From Flavobacteriales bacterium (lineage in GTDB: Bacteria > Bacteroidota > Bacteroidia > CAIKAF01): a stretch of 64,000 nucleotides of DNA. The stretch is from NCBI GenBank assembly GCA_022402535.1, contig JAKRSD010000007.1, forward strand, positions 13,110 through 77,109, written 5' to 3'. Position numbers and translations under genes: made by a program. Below the pieces are notes generated by a model. It searched no databases. It had not been told where the DNA came from and was given only the letters and a program-made list of their open reading frames with translations. Shown piece after piece: positions 1 to 9,728 of the stretch; position 1 is the first letter of the stretch, and each line of letters starts with the position of its first letter.

Positions 1-1260
1 ATTCATATAAGCGTTCACGGTATAGAATCCCAGGGTCTGATAGGTATCAGAAAGCGGCTGATGCGAAATCAGCAACGGATCGGAAACACCACCCGAATGT
101 GTGATGCAGTGTATGGCTCCGCTCTGTGAAATAATATTGGAACCTGAATTATCGCAATCAATGGGTACAATGGTGTATCCGGGCAGCAACTGCTTGTAAA
201 TACGTATGGCCACGGTATCGTATTCTTCACGATACGATGGGAAAATCAAGGTTTTATTTACAAAAACACTATTGGTAAATGTACGGTACGAAGCATTTCC
301 GAAGGGCTGACCGGGCCAATTCCCCGAGGTGCTCGGAATCATGGGAATGCGTACAATTTTGTAGGGAGTTCCGAACTTGCTGTTGAAGTTATCCAATACA
401 TATAAAATATTGGCTTCAATCTGTGGACCGTCGGATACATTCTGGGGAAACTGACCGATTAATATCGTTTCTTCATCAATCAGCTTCATGTGCATATCGA
501 TATGATTAATTAAATCATACGGAAGGGCACCCATTTTTATGTAGCGTTCCAGACCCATAAAATCAGCCATAATCTGATCTATCTGGGCTTCGGATTTTGG
601 GGTAACGTTGTAGGGATTTCCGGGTTCGTTTTCTTCCAGAATCAATTCGGAAGCAAAGGCGGTTCCAAACCCGTCCACCATAAAGTTTCCGCCGGTATTC
701 ACCAGGTCGGCAGGAGCGGCATAAGTCTGATAAAAGGGCACACCTAACGCCGCGGCGTCATACTCGGGAATGGCATCATCTAACGGACGCGGACGGTTAT
801 AAATCCAATCCACCAGCAACATGGAATCCACATCATTTTTATACACGGTATTACCGGCATAATCTCTCATCCAGATGGAGTTGGACGGCACCTGCAGGTA
901 CTTCACATTACTGAGCGGAATGTTTTGGTTGGTGAGATATGTTTTTACGGAATTGGAATCATCACAGTGGATATAGACCGTGGTTTCCAATCGCGACGCT
1001 TTTACGATCTGCGCCAAAATGGCCGGAAAACTTCTCCAGGTAATAAACAATGCCTGAATTTCTTCCCACTCGGCCATAGTGCGCAAACTGCCTCCGGGAG
1101 GCGAAGTGATTCCTGCGCGAGATTGATTGGTTACATCTGAAATGTACGCCGGCATGGCTTCGCGTTCACCGGGAGCAAAACCTACAGGTAATTCTACAGA
1201 TTGTGAAAAGAGAAAAGCGGCAGAAAATACTGCGGACAGTGTGAATACTAATTTTTTCAT
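1..1260 (-). CDS. Agmatine deiminase / Porphyromonas-type peptidylarginine deiminase family protein (PF04371-like), partial: the C-terminus runs off the window start; N-terminal signal peptide
   Basis: Minus-strand ATG at 1260..1258 gives MKKLVFTLSAVFSAAFLFSQ (signal peptide). The reading frame stays open to position 1. Family motifs seen: IWMRDYAGN (W-x-RD), GGNFMVDG, and GAIHCITH (GG-x-HC-x-T active-site Cys region). Not in the ORF track because it is truncated at the edge. Confidence 0.7.
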   Translation of the reverse strand, partial: MKKLVFTLSAVFSAAFLFSQSVELPVGFAPGEREAMPAYISDVTNQSRAGITSPPGGSLRTMAEWEEIQALFITWRSFPAILAQIVKASRLETTVYIHCDDSNSVKTYLTNQNIPLSNVKYLQVPSNSIWMRDYAGNTVYKNDVDSMLLVDWIYNRPRPLDDAIPEYDAAALGVPFYQTYAAPADLVNTGGNFMVDGFGTAFASELILEENEPGNPYNVTPKSEAQIDQIMADFMGLERYIKMGALPYDLINHIDMHMKLIDEETILIGQFPQNVSDGPQIEANILYVLDNFNSKFGTPYKIVRIPMIPSTSGNWPGQPFGNASYRTFTNSVFVNKTLIFPSYREEYDTVAIRIYKQLLPGYTIVPIDCDNSGSNIISQSGAIHCITHSGGVSDPLLISHQPLSDTYQTLGFYTVNAYMN

Positions 1261-1318
1261 ATTAAATTGAATCAGCGCAATTTAGAAATAATACACACTC
1301 CACGTACATTAATAAATC

Positions 1319-2227
1319 CTAATTTTTGTCCGGACGTTGTTCTATGAATGTTTTGAAGCGGGCCAGTTTATCCACATTGATAATGGTTACTCCGTTGTTC
1401 AGCATTTCATGCCAACGGGTGGGATTATTTCCCGCTGCCCAAAAGCGGATTTCGCGCCCACGTTCGGTTACTTCTTTGGAAAGTTCCCGCATTTTGGCTG
1501 ATTCCATTTCGCTGAGTTTTCCTCCGCCACGTTTGCGGAAATATGAGGAATACGAAGCACTCTGACGGTCAATCCGCACGGGAATACCCACATAATCTCC
1601 GCCAATGGGGGCATCAAAACTGACCCATTGTTCGGTTTCTTCGGACACTATTTTCATGGGGCGGTTGCCCGAAATCATGATGCGCAAAGGCCCTTCTTTG
1701 AATGAACGTCCCATATAAGTGGTCAAATATTCCAGATAGGGTTCCAATGCTTTTTTCAAAAAAGGATAAGTCTGATTTCCGTCCGTTTTTATATCAATCA
1801 TAAGCGTAAGCACCTGCTCCGGATTTTGGAAGACAAATCCTCCGTTTTGGTCTATCCAGGTTTTTAGAGGCTTCAGATATAACTCTTCTAAGGTAGGTTT
1901 TGTATTAAGCGCCAAAGGAATATGCGAAACCCTTAGTGTATTATCCGAAGCTAAAAAAATGTCGATTTCGAGGGACGTAAATCCGAAGGAAAGGGCTTCC
2001 CAAAGGGGCGTTTTGCGCGTGTAATCGTTGTGGGAATGTCCGTAAGGAAGCGGTTTCCCGGGTTTAAAGCCTTGGGGAATTTGGGCATAACCCTGAATAA
2101 TCAGGCAAAAAAAAACAGGGAGAAAAAGAAACGAACGTGCATAGGCTATACTATTTGTAAATCGACCCCGGCAAAGTAAAGCGCCAGAATTACGCCTCCG
2201 GCTAAAATCCGGTACCAGCCAAACCAT
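1319..2227 (-). CDS. PLC-like phosphodiesterase (Ca-dependent PI-PLC-like) family protein, secreted; the true start is probably downstream of the track start (around 2150)
   Basis: GHSHNDY motif early in the mature protein. A hydrophobic signal-like segment ([17 protein letters not shown]) precedes it. The first ~27 codons of the track ORF overlap uppP, so they are likely a spurious N-terminal extension and a non-ATG start may be used. Confidence 0.45.
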   Translation of the reverse strand: MVWLVPDFSRRRNSGALLCRGRFTNSIAYARSFLFLPVFFCLIIQGYAQIPQGFKPGKPLPYGHSHNDYTRKTPLWEALSFGFTSLEIDIFLASDNTLRVSHIPLALNTKPTLEELYLKPLKTWIDQNGGFVFQNPEQVLTLMIDIKTDGNQTYPFLKKALEPYLEYLTTYMGRSFKEGPLRIMISGNRPMKIVSEETEQWVSFDAPIGGDYVGIPVRIDRQSASYSSYFRKRGGGKLSEMESAKMRELSKEVTERGREIRFWAAGNNPTRWHEMLNNGVTIINVDKLARFKTFIEQRPDKN

Positions 2228-2940
2228 TTGAATCCGTAGCGGGTAAGAAACCCGATAAACACTTTAATGGCGAGCATAGCCACCACAAAGGCAACCAGAT
2301 TGCCCACGGCAAGCAGTTGGATTTGTTCGGAAGTAAAGCCGTCTCCGGCTTTAAACATCTTGAGTAATTTGTAAGAAGAAGCAGCCAACATGGTGGGCAC
2401 GGCCAGAAAAAATGAAAATTCGGCAGCGGCTTTGCGGGTGAGTTTGCGGGAGAGTCCGCCCACGATGGTTGCCGCACTGCGCGAAACGCCAGGAATCATG
2501 GCCAATACCTGAAAAAATCCGATAAAAAAGCTGTCGGCCGGATTGGGTTCCGATTTGCCGATTTCTTCATTACGGGCAAACAGTTTATCCACAAAAAGCA
2601 GAAAAATACCGCCTAATAAAAGCGATACCGCCACCACCACTACGTTTTCGAGCAGTTTGTCAATAAAATCGTTGAGTAGAAAGCCAAATACGCCCGCGGG
2701 AATGAACCCCAAAAACAATTTGAAATAAAAGGAGATATCGCGGAAAAAGCGCCGGGCGTATAATACCACCACACTGAGGATGGCTCCGAATTGAATGATG
2801 ACTGTATAATTTTTCACGAAATCATCGGCAGCAATACCCATCAGGGATGAGCCGATAATCATGTGGCCGGTGCTGGAAATGGGCAGAAACTCCGTAATTC
2901 CTTCGATTATGGCCAGAATGATGGCTTCGAGGAAACTCAC
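2146..2940 (-). CDS. uppP: Undecaprenyl-diphosphate phosphatase (BacA/UppP)
   Basis: 264-aa polytopic membrane protein. N-terminal [24 protein letters not shown] and the [10 protein letters not shown] motif are diagnostic of the UppP family. Confidence 0.9.
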   Translation of the reverse strand: MSFLEAIILAIIEGITEFLPISSTGHMIIGSSLMGIAADDFVKNYTVIIQFGAILSVVVLYARRFFRDISFYFKLFLGFIPAGVFGFLLNDFIDKLLENVVVVAVSLLLGGIFLLFVDKLFARNEEIGKSEPNPADSFFIGFFQVLAMIPGVSRSAATIVGGLSRKLTRKAAAEFSFFLAVPTMLAASSYKLLKMFKAGDGFTSEQIQLLAVGNLVAFVVAMLAIKVFIGFLTRYGFKWFGWYRILAGGVILALYFAGVDLQIV

Positions 2941-2942
2941 GT

Positions 2943-3191
2943 TTACCCTTTTTTAGGCTTAATCATAATGGCGGCAATATTGATAGAAAAACCTATCAAT
3001 ACCAGAATGGGAGCCACGGTAATACGGGTAGAACTGAATACTTCGGGATTGAAAACATCCGGGTCGCTGCTAGCTCCGCCAGACATAAGTACAAAGCCGA
3101 TGATAATAAACGCCAGACCGATAATCAGGCCGATAAAATTGATTGTTGAGAGGGCGAACCCTTCTTTACCGCTTTCTTTTTGTGGTTCCAT
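2943..3191 (-). CDS. DUF3098-like small membrane protein
   Basis: 82 aa with two TM helices. It sits between ftsX and uppP, the conserved Bacteroidetes arrangement. Confidence 0.55.
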   Translation of the reverse strand: MEPQKESGKEGFALSTINFIGLIIGLAFIIIGFVLMSGGASSDPDVFNPEVFSSTRITVAPILVLIGFSINIAAIMIKPKKG

Positions 3192-3193
3192 AA

Positions 3194-4075
3194 TTAATAT
3201 AAGTCACCTGTGTTTTTTCTGAGAAATCTGTTAACGGCAAGGCGGGTACTGAATCCGGAAATAAAGACCCCCAATGCGATGACGAAGATAATAATTCCGG
3301 CGGGTTTCCAAATTCCCAACCGTTCCACAAACTCAGGAAACCTTTCATAAATGCGTAATCCAAGTAAAGCCAGCAACACAGAGGCAATCAACCCCGAGAG
3401 TAACCCCCTGAGCACGCTTCCGATAACAAACGGGCGACGGATAAACCCGGGTGTGGCGCCCACCAATTGCATGGTTTTGATGGTAAAACGCTGCGAATAA
3501 ATGGCCAAACGGATGGTATTGTTAATGAGCGCAATTACAATAAAAAGCAACAACACCGAAACCACAGAAATCACCACCCCGATTTTTTCCAAATTATTAT
3601 TGGCCTCTTCCATGAGCTCTTTCTTTTTGAACACTTCCACAATATCGTTTCCATATTCTTCTTTAACCGTATTTTCCAGATTCTGCGCCACAGTTGAAGT
3701 GGCAGATTCGGCTTCAAAAATCACCGTATAGGATGCATACAAAGGGTTTTCGTCCAAAATATCCGAAAAATCATCGTTGAAAAGTTCCATGTATATCTGA
3801 CGGGCCTGTTCTTTATCGGTGTAGGTTACAGACTTCACGCCGGGAAAGGTTTCCAGGGAGGTTTTTATATCGGCTAGGGTCTGTTCATTTATTCCGTCTT
3901 CCAGAAAAATTTCTACCGTGAATTTTTCTTTTACGTAGTTAGACAGTTCTTCGGCAAACACCACAATACCGGCCAGTAAGCCCGCCATAAACAACACCAG
4001 GGTAATACTGATTACCGTGGAAATATGGGCCAATTTCAGCTTCTTTTTTCTGCCGGGTTCAAATTCCTCGCTCAT
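3194..4075 (-). CDS. ftsX: Cell division protein FtsX-like permease
   Basis: 293 aa. N-terminal TM, a large periplasmic domain, then three C-terminal TM helices, the FtsX permease topology. Conserved position next to DUF3098/uppP. Confidence 0.75.
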   Translation of the reverse strand: MSEEFEPGRKKKLKLAHISTVISITLVLFMAGLLAGIVVFAEELSNYVKEKFTVEIFLEDGINEQTLADIKTSLETFPGVKSVTYTDKEQARQIYMELFNDDFSDILDENPLYASYTVIFEAESATSTVAQNLENTVKEEYGNDIVEVFKKKELMEEANNNLEKIGVVISVVSVLLLFIVIALINNTIRLAIYSQRFTIKTMQLVGATPGFIRRPFVIGSVLRGLLSGLIASVLLALLGLRIYERFPEFVERLGIWKPAGIIIFVIALGVFISGFSTRLAVNRFLRKNTGDLY

Positions 4076-4308
4076 GTATTCGGTTTATGGTCAAAAGTAA
4101 CGATAAGTATCAGGCCTGTCCGTACAGAAATGACCCGGTTTTAAACAACCTGTTTTTCATAATGTAACAAAATACAAAACAGGCAGACTGCTGATTATCA
4201 AACGTGAAAGTGATACTCATAATTTGTACCGATGTGCAGATGATGTTTGTACCAAAAAAAACTAATAATTTCACCCACATAAATAAAAGATTTTAGTTGC
4301 CCTGAAGT

Positions 4309-5289
4309 ATGAAAAGACTATTGTTTTACCAAAAGCTCGATAAGATTCCGTTTCTGAAAACAATGGCCATGAAAGTGATTTTTATCGCGTTCATCGGAAT
4401 TCATCTTCCCTTGTTGTTGCTGGTGATTTTGTTGGTTGGTTTTCAAATTACCTCCGATGCACTGACTGCTGTGGTCTATCTTCTGTTTTTCACGTTGATT
4501 GCCTCATTGATAACACTCTATTTTCTGAATAAACTGATTCAGCCGGTACGCTATCTGAGCCTGAATTTGCGCTGTTATGTTTCGGGATTAAACTGGAATT
4601 TACCCAAAGTAGATTTCAGAGACGAAACGGGAAGTCTTTTCCGGGATGTGACGAGCTGTGTGGAAACCCTGGAAAATGCCATTCAGGAAAAAAATGATCT
4701 GTACCAGATGCTTTCGCACGATTTAAAAGGAACTCTCGCCGCCCTGCAGGCAGGATATCATCTGCATAAACTAGAAAACAAAGAACTTTCGGAAGAAGAG
4801 CAACTCAAAATGGAAATGGTGGAAAGACAGATTATGGCCATCAACTCGCTGCTATATCTCTATCGTTCAGATGAAAACGGCATCCTGCCCGATCATTCTC
4901 AGGAACTGAATCTGAAACAACTTACCGATGATATCTGTGCTCTGTTTTATTCGGCTCTTCTGCTCGAAAACAAACAGATAGAAGCCGATATACCGCACGA
5001 TGTTGCCATTCAGAAAGACCGTTTTGTGCTTCGTCATTTGTTATTCAATCTGATTGATAATGCCGTAAAATATTCGCGAAGAAACACGGCAATAAAAATC
5101 GGTTACCGCGATGGGGCTTTTTCAATTCAAAATGTGATTAATGCAGCCGATGAAGCGGATGAAAAAAGTTGGAAGCAATCCACAGGACTCGGACAAAAAA
5201 TCATTTCGAAAACTGCGCTCGATTTAGGTTGCCGTTTACAAACCGAAATTAACGGCAATGATTTCAGGGTTCGGGTGGCCTTTGCTTAA
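4309..5289 (+). CDS. Sensor histidine kinase (orphan; no adjacent response regulator)
   Basis: Two N-terminal TM helices. HisKA H-box MLSHDLKGTL, and HATPase N-box LFNLIDNAVKYS. The G-boxes are weak or degenerate. Confidence 0.65.
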   Translation: MKRLLFYQKLDKIPFLKTMAMKVIFIAFIGIHLPLLLLVILLVGFQITSDALTAVVYLLFFTLIASLITLYFLNKLIQPVRYLSLNLRCYVSGLNWNLPKVDFRDETGSLFRDVTSCVETLENAIQEKNDLYQMLSHDLKGTLAALQAGYHLHKLENKELSEEEQLKMEMVERQIMAINSLLYLYRSDENGILPDHSQELNLKQLTDDICALFYSALLLENKQIEADIPHDVAIQKDRFVLRHLLFNLIDNAVKYSRRNTAIKIGYRDGAFSIQNVINAADEADEKSWKQSTGLGQKIISKTALDLGCRLQTEINGNDFRVRVAFA

Positions 5290-5299
5290 CCCGAAGAAA

Positions 5300-6386
5300 T
5301 TATGAATACTGTAAGAGAAACGCTTTCAGAAATTCATCAATATCGCCGTTGAGCACGCCCTGCGAATCGCTGGTTTCATAGTCTGTCCGAACATCTTTCA
5401 CCATCTGATACGGATGCAGCACATAACTCCTGATTTGTGAACCCCATTCAATTTTTTTCTTGCCGGCTTCCACCTTGTCTCTTTCTTCCGAAAGCTTGCG
5501 CATTTCCATTTCGTATAACATGGAACGCAACAGATTGATGGCATTTTCTTTGTTATTGAGCTGCGAGCGCGATTCCTGGTTTTTAATCACAATGCCCGTG
5601 GGTTTGTGGTGGAGCCTTACGGCGGTTTCCACTTTATTTACGTTTTGTCCGCCGGCCCCACCCGAACGGAAAGTATCCCACTCGATATCGGAATCTTTTA
5701 TTTCAATTTCCACGGTATCATCCACCAGCGGATATACATATACCGAAGCAAACGACGTATGACGTTTGGCATTGGAATCAAAGGGAGAAATACGCACCAG
5801 ACGATGTACACCGTTTTCAGCTTTCAGATAACCATACGCATTTGGGCCACTTATCTGAAGCGTTACCGATTTCACACCGGCCACATCACCTTCCTGAAAA
5901 TCCTTCTCAATTACTTTATAGCCCTGTTTTTCGGCCCACATGGTGTACATCCGCATCAGCATGGAAGCCCAATCGCAGCTTTCGGTTCCGCCGGCTCCGG
6001 CTGTGATTTGTATCACCGCATCCAAATGATCTTCGGGTTTGGAAAGCATCTTCTGAAGTTCCTGATTTTCCACCGCTTTTAAGGCAACCTGATATTGTGC
6101 CTCTAAATCAGCCTCGGTGGCTTCGCCTTCTTTGTAAAATTCATATAACACGGAAAGGTCTTCCACCGCCCGTTTGGAATCTTCAAAACTCTTGAGTTTA
6201 TTTTTTTTCTGATTGAGGCTTTTGGTGATTTCTCCCGCCTTTTTGGGATCATTCCAAAAATCGGGGTCCAAGGTTACTTTCTCCTCTTCGGAAATGGTTA
6301 ATTGTAGCGAAGCGACGTCAAAGTGACCTCCCCAACGCGTCCAGGCGTCCCGCTAAATCCTTGATATGGTCTATGGTGATATTCAT
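5300..6386 (-). CDS. prfB: Peptide chain release factor 2 with programmed +1 ribosomal frameshift: frame 0 is 6386..6321 (22 codons, then in-frame TGA at 6320..6318); the +1 frame is 6319..5300
   Basis: Upstream minus-strand reading gives [25 protein letters not shown] then CTT TGA C, the canonical RF2 shift site CUU UGA C. An SD-like GGGAGG lies just upstream. The +1 frame continues [26 protein letters not shown] into the 323-aa track ORF, which carries the SPF motif (RISPFDS) and GGQ ([10 protein letters not shown]). Confidence 0.9.
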
Positions 6387-6415
6387 GGGGCAAAAGTATT
6401 ATTTTCAGACGAATT

Positions 6416-8902
6416 TCAGGGACATTCCATCAAATTCACAAACAAACGGATGGCACCGGGATTTCCGGCAGGTAACTGCCTGAAAAAGGACAAACCGGTG
6501 TAAAAAAACTGCCCTTTTCCATAACGGGTATGTAATAAAATGCCGTCAGAAACGGCCTCTCCCGGGTCGGCACCCGACAGCAGCTTGGTATAGTGAGCAT
6601 CAGTTTCTCCCGTAAAATAAAGTCCTCTTTCCTGCACCCAGCCTTCAAAATCAGAGGCACTGATTTTATTCGGTTTGTTGAACACGGGATGGGAAGGATT
6701 GAGTATTTCCAGCGGAGCTTCTTCCACCGTGATACGGTTTCGCGAAATTTTAAACGGATAAGGTCCTATTTTATCGGTAAGCAGGCTGTTGGATGTGTTA
6801 TACTGCACGATGAATTTTCCACCCGACTGCACATATTTCATAAGTTCTTCATATTTGGGGCCCAATGCACTTTTGGTGTTATAGGCTCTTACTCCGGCAA
6901 TTATCACGTTATATTTTTTGAGCGAGTTAAAGTCCAAATCATCCTCTTTTAATACATCAACCTGATATCCCAAAGCACGCAAAACCTGAGGAATTTCATC
7001 ACCGGCGCCTTCTATGTACCCCACCGTAAGTGCAGAGGTTTTCACTATGGGTGCACTCACCCTGATTTCAGCCTTGGGTTGCAGAATTAAATCCGGAATG
7101 TGGGTGTATGTTATTCTTTTAATGGATTGCGTATACTCATTTCCGTCCAATTTCACTTTCGGAAATATTCGTCCTGAGTTTCCGGTTACTTCAAAACGGA
7201 AGATTTTTTCAATGCCTTCGCCCTGAATTTCAAAATCAATCGAAGGGGTAAGCACCTTTACTCCATTGTCTGTCGTAAACTCCAGCTTACCTTTTTTTAA
7301 GCGTTCATCATTAGAAATCAGTTTCAATTCACATATCGATTTGGTTCCGTTTTTAACAATCAATAGCGAGGTTTTGGGCACAATGGAAATGGGAGGAACC
7401 AGTTCCGGATACCTGAAAAGTTCGCCCCGGTCGGGCTCGGTAAACTTATACACAATGGGTACCGTTATCTGAAGAGGATCTTTGGCGTTATTGAAATACA
7501 CTTCCAACACCGCGCTGAATTTATCCGATTCGGAAGGTTTTACAGCCTGTTCGGGCAAGCCGGCATTGAACATTCCCGGCGAGGTTTTTTCTTCGTTCAG
7601 CCAAAACGGGTTTGCATATTCCTTCACCGTTCCCGGAGGCAGCACCCAGGCTTTTTTGTATAACACATTCGATTGTAGGGGCGTATTAAGCGCGAGCACT
7701 CCCGCATCTTTTACAAAAACCCTTCCCATCAATGCCGGGGCTTTCGAACGGTTAATACATTCTATACTGAGTTTAACACTGTCATTGGGTGTGAATACCG
7801 GTTTTGAAAGTAAAGCTTCTGCAAAAAAACCGGTACAGTCCAGAATGAGTTTTTCGACCTGCCTGATTTTAATTTCTCGCCAAAAAGAGGGATTCAGTTT
7901 TTTCAGTTCGGCACGTACATCCATCAATGCCGGAACGGATTCTACAGGGGCATCGGGATTAAAATTACGAAGGATTATATTGAACGCCGTTTCAATTTTT
8001 TCAGAACCTTGTAACCTGCTCCAGCCGGTTTCCACGCCATCCATCAAATCGGTAACGGGTTTATCGCCCGCAAGCGGTTTCAAATATTCCGGTTCTTCGC
8101 CGCGTTGTCTTGCCGAGCCAAATCCCTGGGAGCGATGACGGCTGCGGCTTTCGGCGGCTATTTCGCCCACCGATTGACCCAAGAGCGGCATAAAGGTGCC
8201 GATATCTACTTTCAACAAACCGGTTTTGTCATAATCACGGGTACCGTAAAAAAACCAACTGGTGTTCCACAAAATGCGTTTGGGCTGCCAAACATCCAGT
8301 TTGCGGAGTTGTTCGGGGAACATTTCAGGATTGCCCGAAGCAAAAAACGCTTCCAACGCCAATTGGGCACTCGCCGTGTGATGTCCGTGAGTTCCCGAAG
8401 GTTCGGGCGAAAAACGGGTAATAATCACATCGGGCCGCAGCGTACGAATGAGCCAAACCGTTTCTTCCAGCAGTTTATTGCGATTCCAGATGGAAAAAGT
8501 TTCTTCCGGATTTTTAGAAAACCCAAAATCACAGGCAGAAGAAAAATATTGTTGACCGCCGTCAATGTGTCGTGCAGCCAATAATTCCTGGGTTCTGATC
8601 ATACCCAATTCCACGGCCTGTTCGCTGCCGATTAAGTTTTGGCCACCATCGCCCCGGGTATAGGACAAATACGCAGTCTGATAACCCTTTTCCAGCGCCA
8701 GCCACGAAATCATCCGGGTGTTTTCATCGTCAGGATGAGCCGCCACATACAACACGCTGCCAAAACGGTTCACATGATTCATATTCAACCGTATTTCGGA
8801 AGCGGTGGCCGAACGGGTTTTTACAGGTTGTGCATGGGTTGCAAAAAACGGATAAATGACGGCGGATAAAAGCAGAAATAAAAAACGATATGTAATATTC
8901 AC
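6416..8902 (-). CDS. PIG-L/LmbE family N-deacetylase fused to a large C-terminal domain (ThuA/GATase1-like fold suspected), secreted
   Basis: 828 aa. Signal peptide, then LYVAAHPDDENTRM (LmbE AHPDDE motif). The long C-terminal extension has a Rossmann-like segment VIIAGVRAYNTKSALGPKYEELMKYVQSGGKFIV. Confidence 0.65.
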   Translation of the reverse strand: MNITYRFLFLLLSAVIYPFFATHAQPVKTRSATASEIRLNMNHVNRFGSVLYVAAHPDDENTRMISWLALEKGYQTAYLSYTRGDGGQNLIGSEQAVELGMIRTQELLAARHIDGGQQYFSSACDFGFSKNPEETFSIWNRNKLLEETVWLIRTLRPDVIITRFSPEPSGTHGHHTASAQLALEAFFASGNPEMFPEQLRKLDVWQPKRILWNTSWFFYGTRDYDKTGLLKVDIGTFMPLLGQSVGEIAAESRSRHRSQGFGSARQRGEEPEYLKPLAGDKPVTDLMDGVETGWSRLQGSEKIETAFNIILRNFNPDAPVESVPALMDVRAELKKLNPSFWREIKIRQVEKLILDCTGFFAEALLSKPVFTPNDSVKLSIECINRSKAPALMGRVFVKDAGVLALNTPLQSNVLYKKAWVLPPGTVKEYANPFWLNEEKTSPGMFNAGLPEQAVKPSESDKFSAVLEVYFNNAKDPLQITVPIVYKFTEPDRGELFRYPELVPPISIVPKTSLLIVKNGTKSICELKLISNDERLKKGKLEFTTDNGVKVLTPSIDFEIQGEGIEKIFRFEVTGNSGRIFPKVKLDGNEYTQSIKRITYTHIPDLILQPKAEIRVSAPIVKTSALTVGYIEGAGDEIPQVLRALGYQVDVLKEDDLDFNSLKKYNVIIAGVRAYNTKSALGPKYEELMKYVQSGGKFIVQYNTSNSLLTDKIGPYPFKISRNRITVEEAPLEILNPSHPVFNKPNKISASDFEGWVQERGLYFTGETDAHYTKLLSGADPGEAVSDGILLHTRYGKGQFFYTGLSFFRQLPAGNPGAIRLFVNLMECP

Positions 8903-8988
8903 GACAAACTCCTTTTAATTTTAGAATCGCTCAGCGGTTGTTAAAACCTTTGTAAACCCGAATTGTTTTACGATGAGCATATACATTT

Positions 8989-9723
8989 ATGCTGATTTTT
9001 ACTGAACTTTGCAAACATAACAATATCCCAGGGAAAATGAATCTTGAACAAATCATAGCGCTGGTAAATGCCGGACGTTTTGAAGAAGCCGAAACGCAAT
9101 TTTCACGCATTACAGAAAGCGAAGGGGCTTCAGCCCAAATTTTTGCAGAATGGGCCCGAATGGAAGTGCGCAGGGGAAATCACGAAAAATCGCTTTCTCT
9201 GATTGAAAAATCGGTAGAAATAGCACCGGGAAATGCGGAATATGTTTTTGAAAAAGGAGTTATTCTTTTTCATTGCGGCAAAAAAAGCCTGGCGCTTTTG
9301 CAGATGGACACTGCCGTGCAGATGGAGCCGGCAAATCCGTTCCGCTATGCAGGCCGGGCTTACATAAAAGACGGCTTGGGTGATACTGACGGTGCCATTG
9401 CCGATTATGAAATTGTACTGAAACTAGACCCGGAAGATGCCGTGGCACACAATAATCTGGGTTTATTGCTCGAAAAAAAAGGCTGGCAAGAAAAAGCGGG
9501 ACAACATTTTAAAAAGGCAGATAACCTGGCAGAACAGGAAAAATTATTTTCGTTTTTAGATAATAAAACAGAGGCCGAAGCTGAGCCGGAAATACCCACT
9601 ACTGAAAATCAAAAACCGGAAAATTCAATTTCCATCATGAAAAAGGTATTTACCGACCGTAAAACCCGAAATGAATTTTTCAATTTTTTGAAAACGGGTT
9701 TATTCACCAAAAATAATTCCTGA
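8989..9723 (+). CDS. Tetratricopeptide-repeat protein (start more likely at the internal Met near 9037)
   Basis: TPR-like helical repeats (AEWARMEVRRGNHEKSLSLIEKSVEIAPGNAEYVF...). Acidic, low-complexity C-terminus. Confidence 0.55.
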   Translation: MLIFTELCKHNNIPGKMNLEQIIALVNAGRFEEAETQFSRITESEGASAQIFAEWARMEVRRGNHEKSLSLIEKSVEIAPGNAEYVFEKGVILFHCGKKSLALLQMDTAVQMEPANPFRYAGRAYIKDGLGDTDGAIADYEIVLKLDPEDAVAHNNLGLLLEKKGWQEKAGQHFKKADNLAEQEKLFSFLDNKTEAEAEPEIPTTENQKPENSISIMKKVFTDRKTRNEFFNFLKTGLFTKNNS

Positions 9724-9728
9724 GCGTT

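Noticed and set aside
925-1140. 71-aa plus-strand ORF inside the agmatine-deiminase-family gene
   Set aside because: It is antisense to a motif-supported CDS, is short, and has no features.
1319-2227. Full-length 302-aa track ORF for the PLC-like gene
   Set aside because: Its N-terminal ~27 codons overlap the uppP 3' end and lack a signal-peptide-compatible start. A shorter gene with a non-ATG start near 2150 is more plausible, so the long version is not trusted.
7482-8138. 218-aa plus-strand ORF within the PIG-L deacetylase gene
   Set aside because: It is antisense to a gene with clear family motifs. There is no signal or domain, and its serine/threonine-rich composition looks like a shadow ORF.
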